Source: an uncultured virus (IMG/VR IMGVR_UViG_2061766007_000262)
Taxonomy: Duplodnaviria; Heunggongvirae; Uroviricota; Caudoviricetes
Length of the DNA stretch: 47,505 bases
IMG/VR virus record: IMGVR_UViG_2061766007_000262
Direction: 5' to 3' (one strand)
Below the pieces are notes generated by a model. The model saw nothing but the letters and a program-made list of their open reading frames with translations. It was not told the DNA's origin and searched no databases. Below are positions 46,007 through 47,505 of this stretch, in pieces. Both the position numbers and the translations under genes were made by a program. Each line of letters begins with the position of its first letter. Within the stretch, counting starts at the first letter, position 1.

Positions 46007-46511
46007 TTAGCATCTCCTTTAATACTTTCTTTCTTATCTCTATTGTTTTCTCTCTATTGAGTATCTTTGCTAACCATTCTGGGCGAACTGAAATTAGCAC
46101 ATATTTTCTTCCAAAATCATTATACACATAGCACATATTTTGTGGTGCTTTTGTAATAAAGTTATCTTTATTATTGTAGTAATCATCTAACTCTTTTGGT
46201 CGCCAGTTAGGAATTAAATGTGTGATTTTAATTGCATAACCGTTCCAACCTTTCAAATATTTATCTAATTCATCATAAGTTAGACAAGCATTTTTTAAGT
46301 CATAATAACAAAAGTAATAACCTTTATTATCAAAATATTGTCTTTTGATTTCGGCAATTTCATACTCAATTTCAGCTACAATTTTGCCATTGTAGTAATT
46401 GCCAAACATATTATGTATTTGTGTATCATATTTATTTGTTAATGTATAATTACCACCCATTGTTTTAATTAAATATGGTGCTGACTTGGTGCAATATAAT
46501 AATGCTCTCAT
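45993..46511 (-). CDS. ASCH/PUA-like protein, apparently circularly permuted
   Basis: The LISVRPEW..KILN.EKTIEIRK signature lies at the C-terminus. Confidence 0.65.
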   Translation of the reverse strand: MRALLYCTKSAPYLIKTMGGNYTLTNKYDTQIHNMFGNYYNGKIVAEIEYEIAEIKRQYFDNKGYYFCYYDLKNACLTYDELDKYLKGWNGYAIKITHLIPNWRPKELDDYYNNKDNFITKAPQNMCYVYNDFGRKYVLISVRPEWLAKILNREKTIEIRKKVLKEMLNDKR

Positions 46512-46924
46512 TGTTCCCCTCGCCTTTCTTCTCTCATTTTTTCTATGATTTCTTTAATTTGACCCATTATTTTATCTTTATGGATCGTCATTAAAACAGA
46601 TTTATATATAATCAATGCGTAAATCAATGCGTCAGCTACATCATCACTAATTGTAAATGTATATTCTTTCTTATTCTTATTTTTATTTTCGTGTCTATTA
46701 TTTAACTCGCTTGTAAAATCTTCCAACAANNNNNNNNNNNNNNNNNNNNNNNNNNNNNNNNNNNNNNNNNNNNNNNNNNNNNNNNNNNNNNNNNNNNNNN
46801 NNNNNNNNNNNNNNNNNNNNNNNNNCTCTACGTTGTAGAAACAAAGATTAGTTAATTCTTCATTATCTAATTGTTCGTTGTTTAATACTTTTCCTACTAT
46901 TCTATGTAGTTCCTTATCTGTCAT
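46508..46924 (-). CDS. Hypothetical protein (gap inside), copy of 6140..6577
   Basis: Direct comparison. Confidence 0.75.
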   Translation of the reverse strand: MTDKELHRIVGKVLNNEQLDNEELTNLCFYNVEXXXXXXXXXXXXXXXXXXXXXXXXXXXXXXXXLLEDFTSELNNRHENKNKNKKEYTFTISDDVADALIYALIIYKSVLMTIHKDKIMGQIKEIIEKMREERRGEQ

Positions 46925-47147
46925 TTTCTAGCCACTCCTTTAATGTATTTAATTCTTCATCAGTTAAATGATACATAGTAGCACATTTTTTATTCTTAAT
47001 AACATAATTCAGTAGTTTGTGTGTTCTTATTATTTCTAACACTTCTAAATCTTTTTTGATTATCCTATAATGTAATTCATATTCATACGCTTTCGTTCTT
47101 GGACTTTCAGTATTATACCAATTCTCCAATGCTTCTTTACTTTTCAT
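46914..47147 (-). CDS. MTSKE/KDLEVLEILK/KEWLEN family paralog
   Basis: MKSKEAL...KDLEVLEII...LKEWLENDR. Confidence 0.75.
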   Translation of the reverse strand: MKSKEALENWYNTESPRTKAYEYELHYRIIKKDLEVLEIIRTHKLLNYVIKNKKCATMYHLTDEELNTLKEWLENDR

Positions 47148-47475
47148 TATTTAACCATTCCTTTAATTTGAAACACAAAACCCAAGTAATCATATTTGTT
47201 GTATCACTTATCATTACGTTGTTATCTTTACACCATTTTTCATATTCTTCTGCTATTTTCTTTCTATCGGAATAAAACAATAGTGTTTTTGATTTTAAGA
47301 TTTCTAACACTTCTAATTCTTTTTCAATGGTTTTATAAAAATCTAATAAGTTTTTATGAAGTTCTATAAAATCTTTAGACGTCTTAACTTTTTCATAAAG
47401 TTCTATCTTTTCTTCACACATTGCAATCTGTTTACTTAAATAAACTTTTACTTCTTTACTTGTCATATTACGCAC
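47137..47475 (-). CDS. MTSKE/KDLEVLEILK/KEWLEN family paralog
   Basis: MTSKEV...KELEVLEILK...LKEWLNN. Confidence 0.75.
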   Translation of the reverse strand: MRNMTSKEVKVYLSKQIAMCEEKIELYEKVKTSKDFIELHKNLLDFYKTIEKELEVLEILKSKTLLFYSDRKKIAEEYEKWCKDNNVMISDTTNMITWVLCFKLKEWLNNEK

Positions 47476-47505
47476 CCCTAATAATAGTTACGGCTTTTCA
47501 TACGC

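Larger units (their letters stand above)
10124..47505. mobile_element. Near-complete circular temperate siphophage genome (~37.4 kb including N gaps)
   Basis: Contains TerL, portal, capsid, tail, integrase, switch and replication modules. The terminal 50 bp (47456-47505) equal 10074-10123. Confidence 0.85.

Overview
This window is a low-GC temperate siphophage scaffold with 7 N-gaps. Its last 50 bases (47456-47505) are identical to 10074-10123, so 10124-47505 closes into a circle of about 37.4 kb. The circle carries replication and recombination genes, a cro/cI switch, and a large serine integrase with an intact attP-like site. It also carries a lysis-position cassette with a holin but no recognisable endolysin, two tail fibres, the tail, head, portal and TerL genes, and a GNAT plus a serine resolvase where TerS usually sits. 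It ends with an oppositely oriented 'early' cluster that finishes in an FtsK-like ATPase, and a hypervariable array of small genes. Bases 1-10073 are an alternative version of the same early and variable region, probably from one or more related phages scaffolded on. The most interesting signals are: (1) a field of co-oriented (A/G)CGAT motifs bracketing the minimal FtsK motor; (2) a paralogous cassette family with conserved DNA boundaries, with the two genome versions diverging at one such boundary; (3) no peptidoglycan hydrolase, suggesting a wall-less host; (4) a circularly permuted ASCH protein; (5) an RHH plus antisense-RNA control module; and (6) several candidate RNA regulatory elements. 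All family assignments come from motif recognition by eye, and all counts are approximate.
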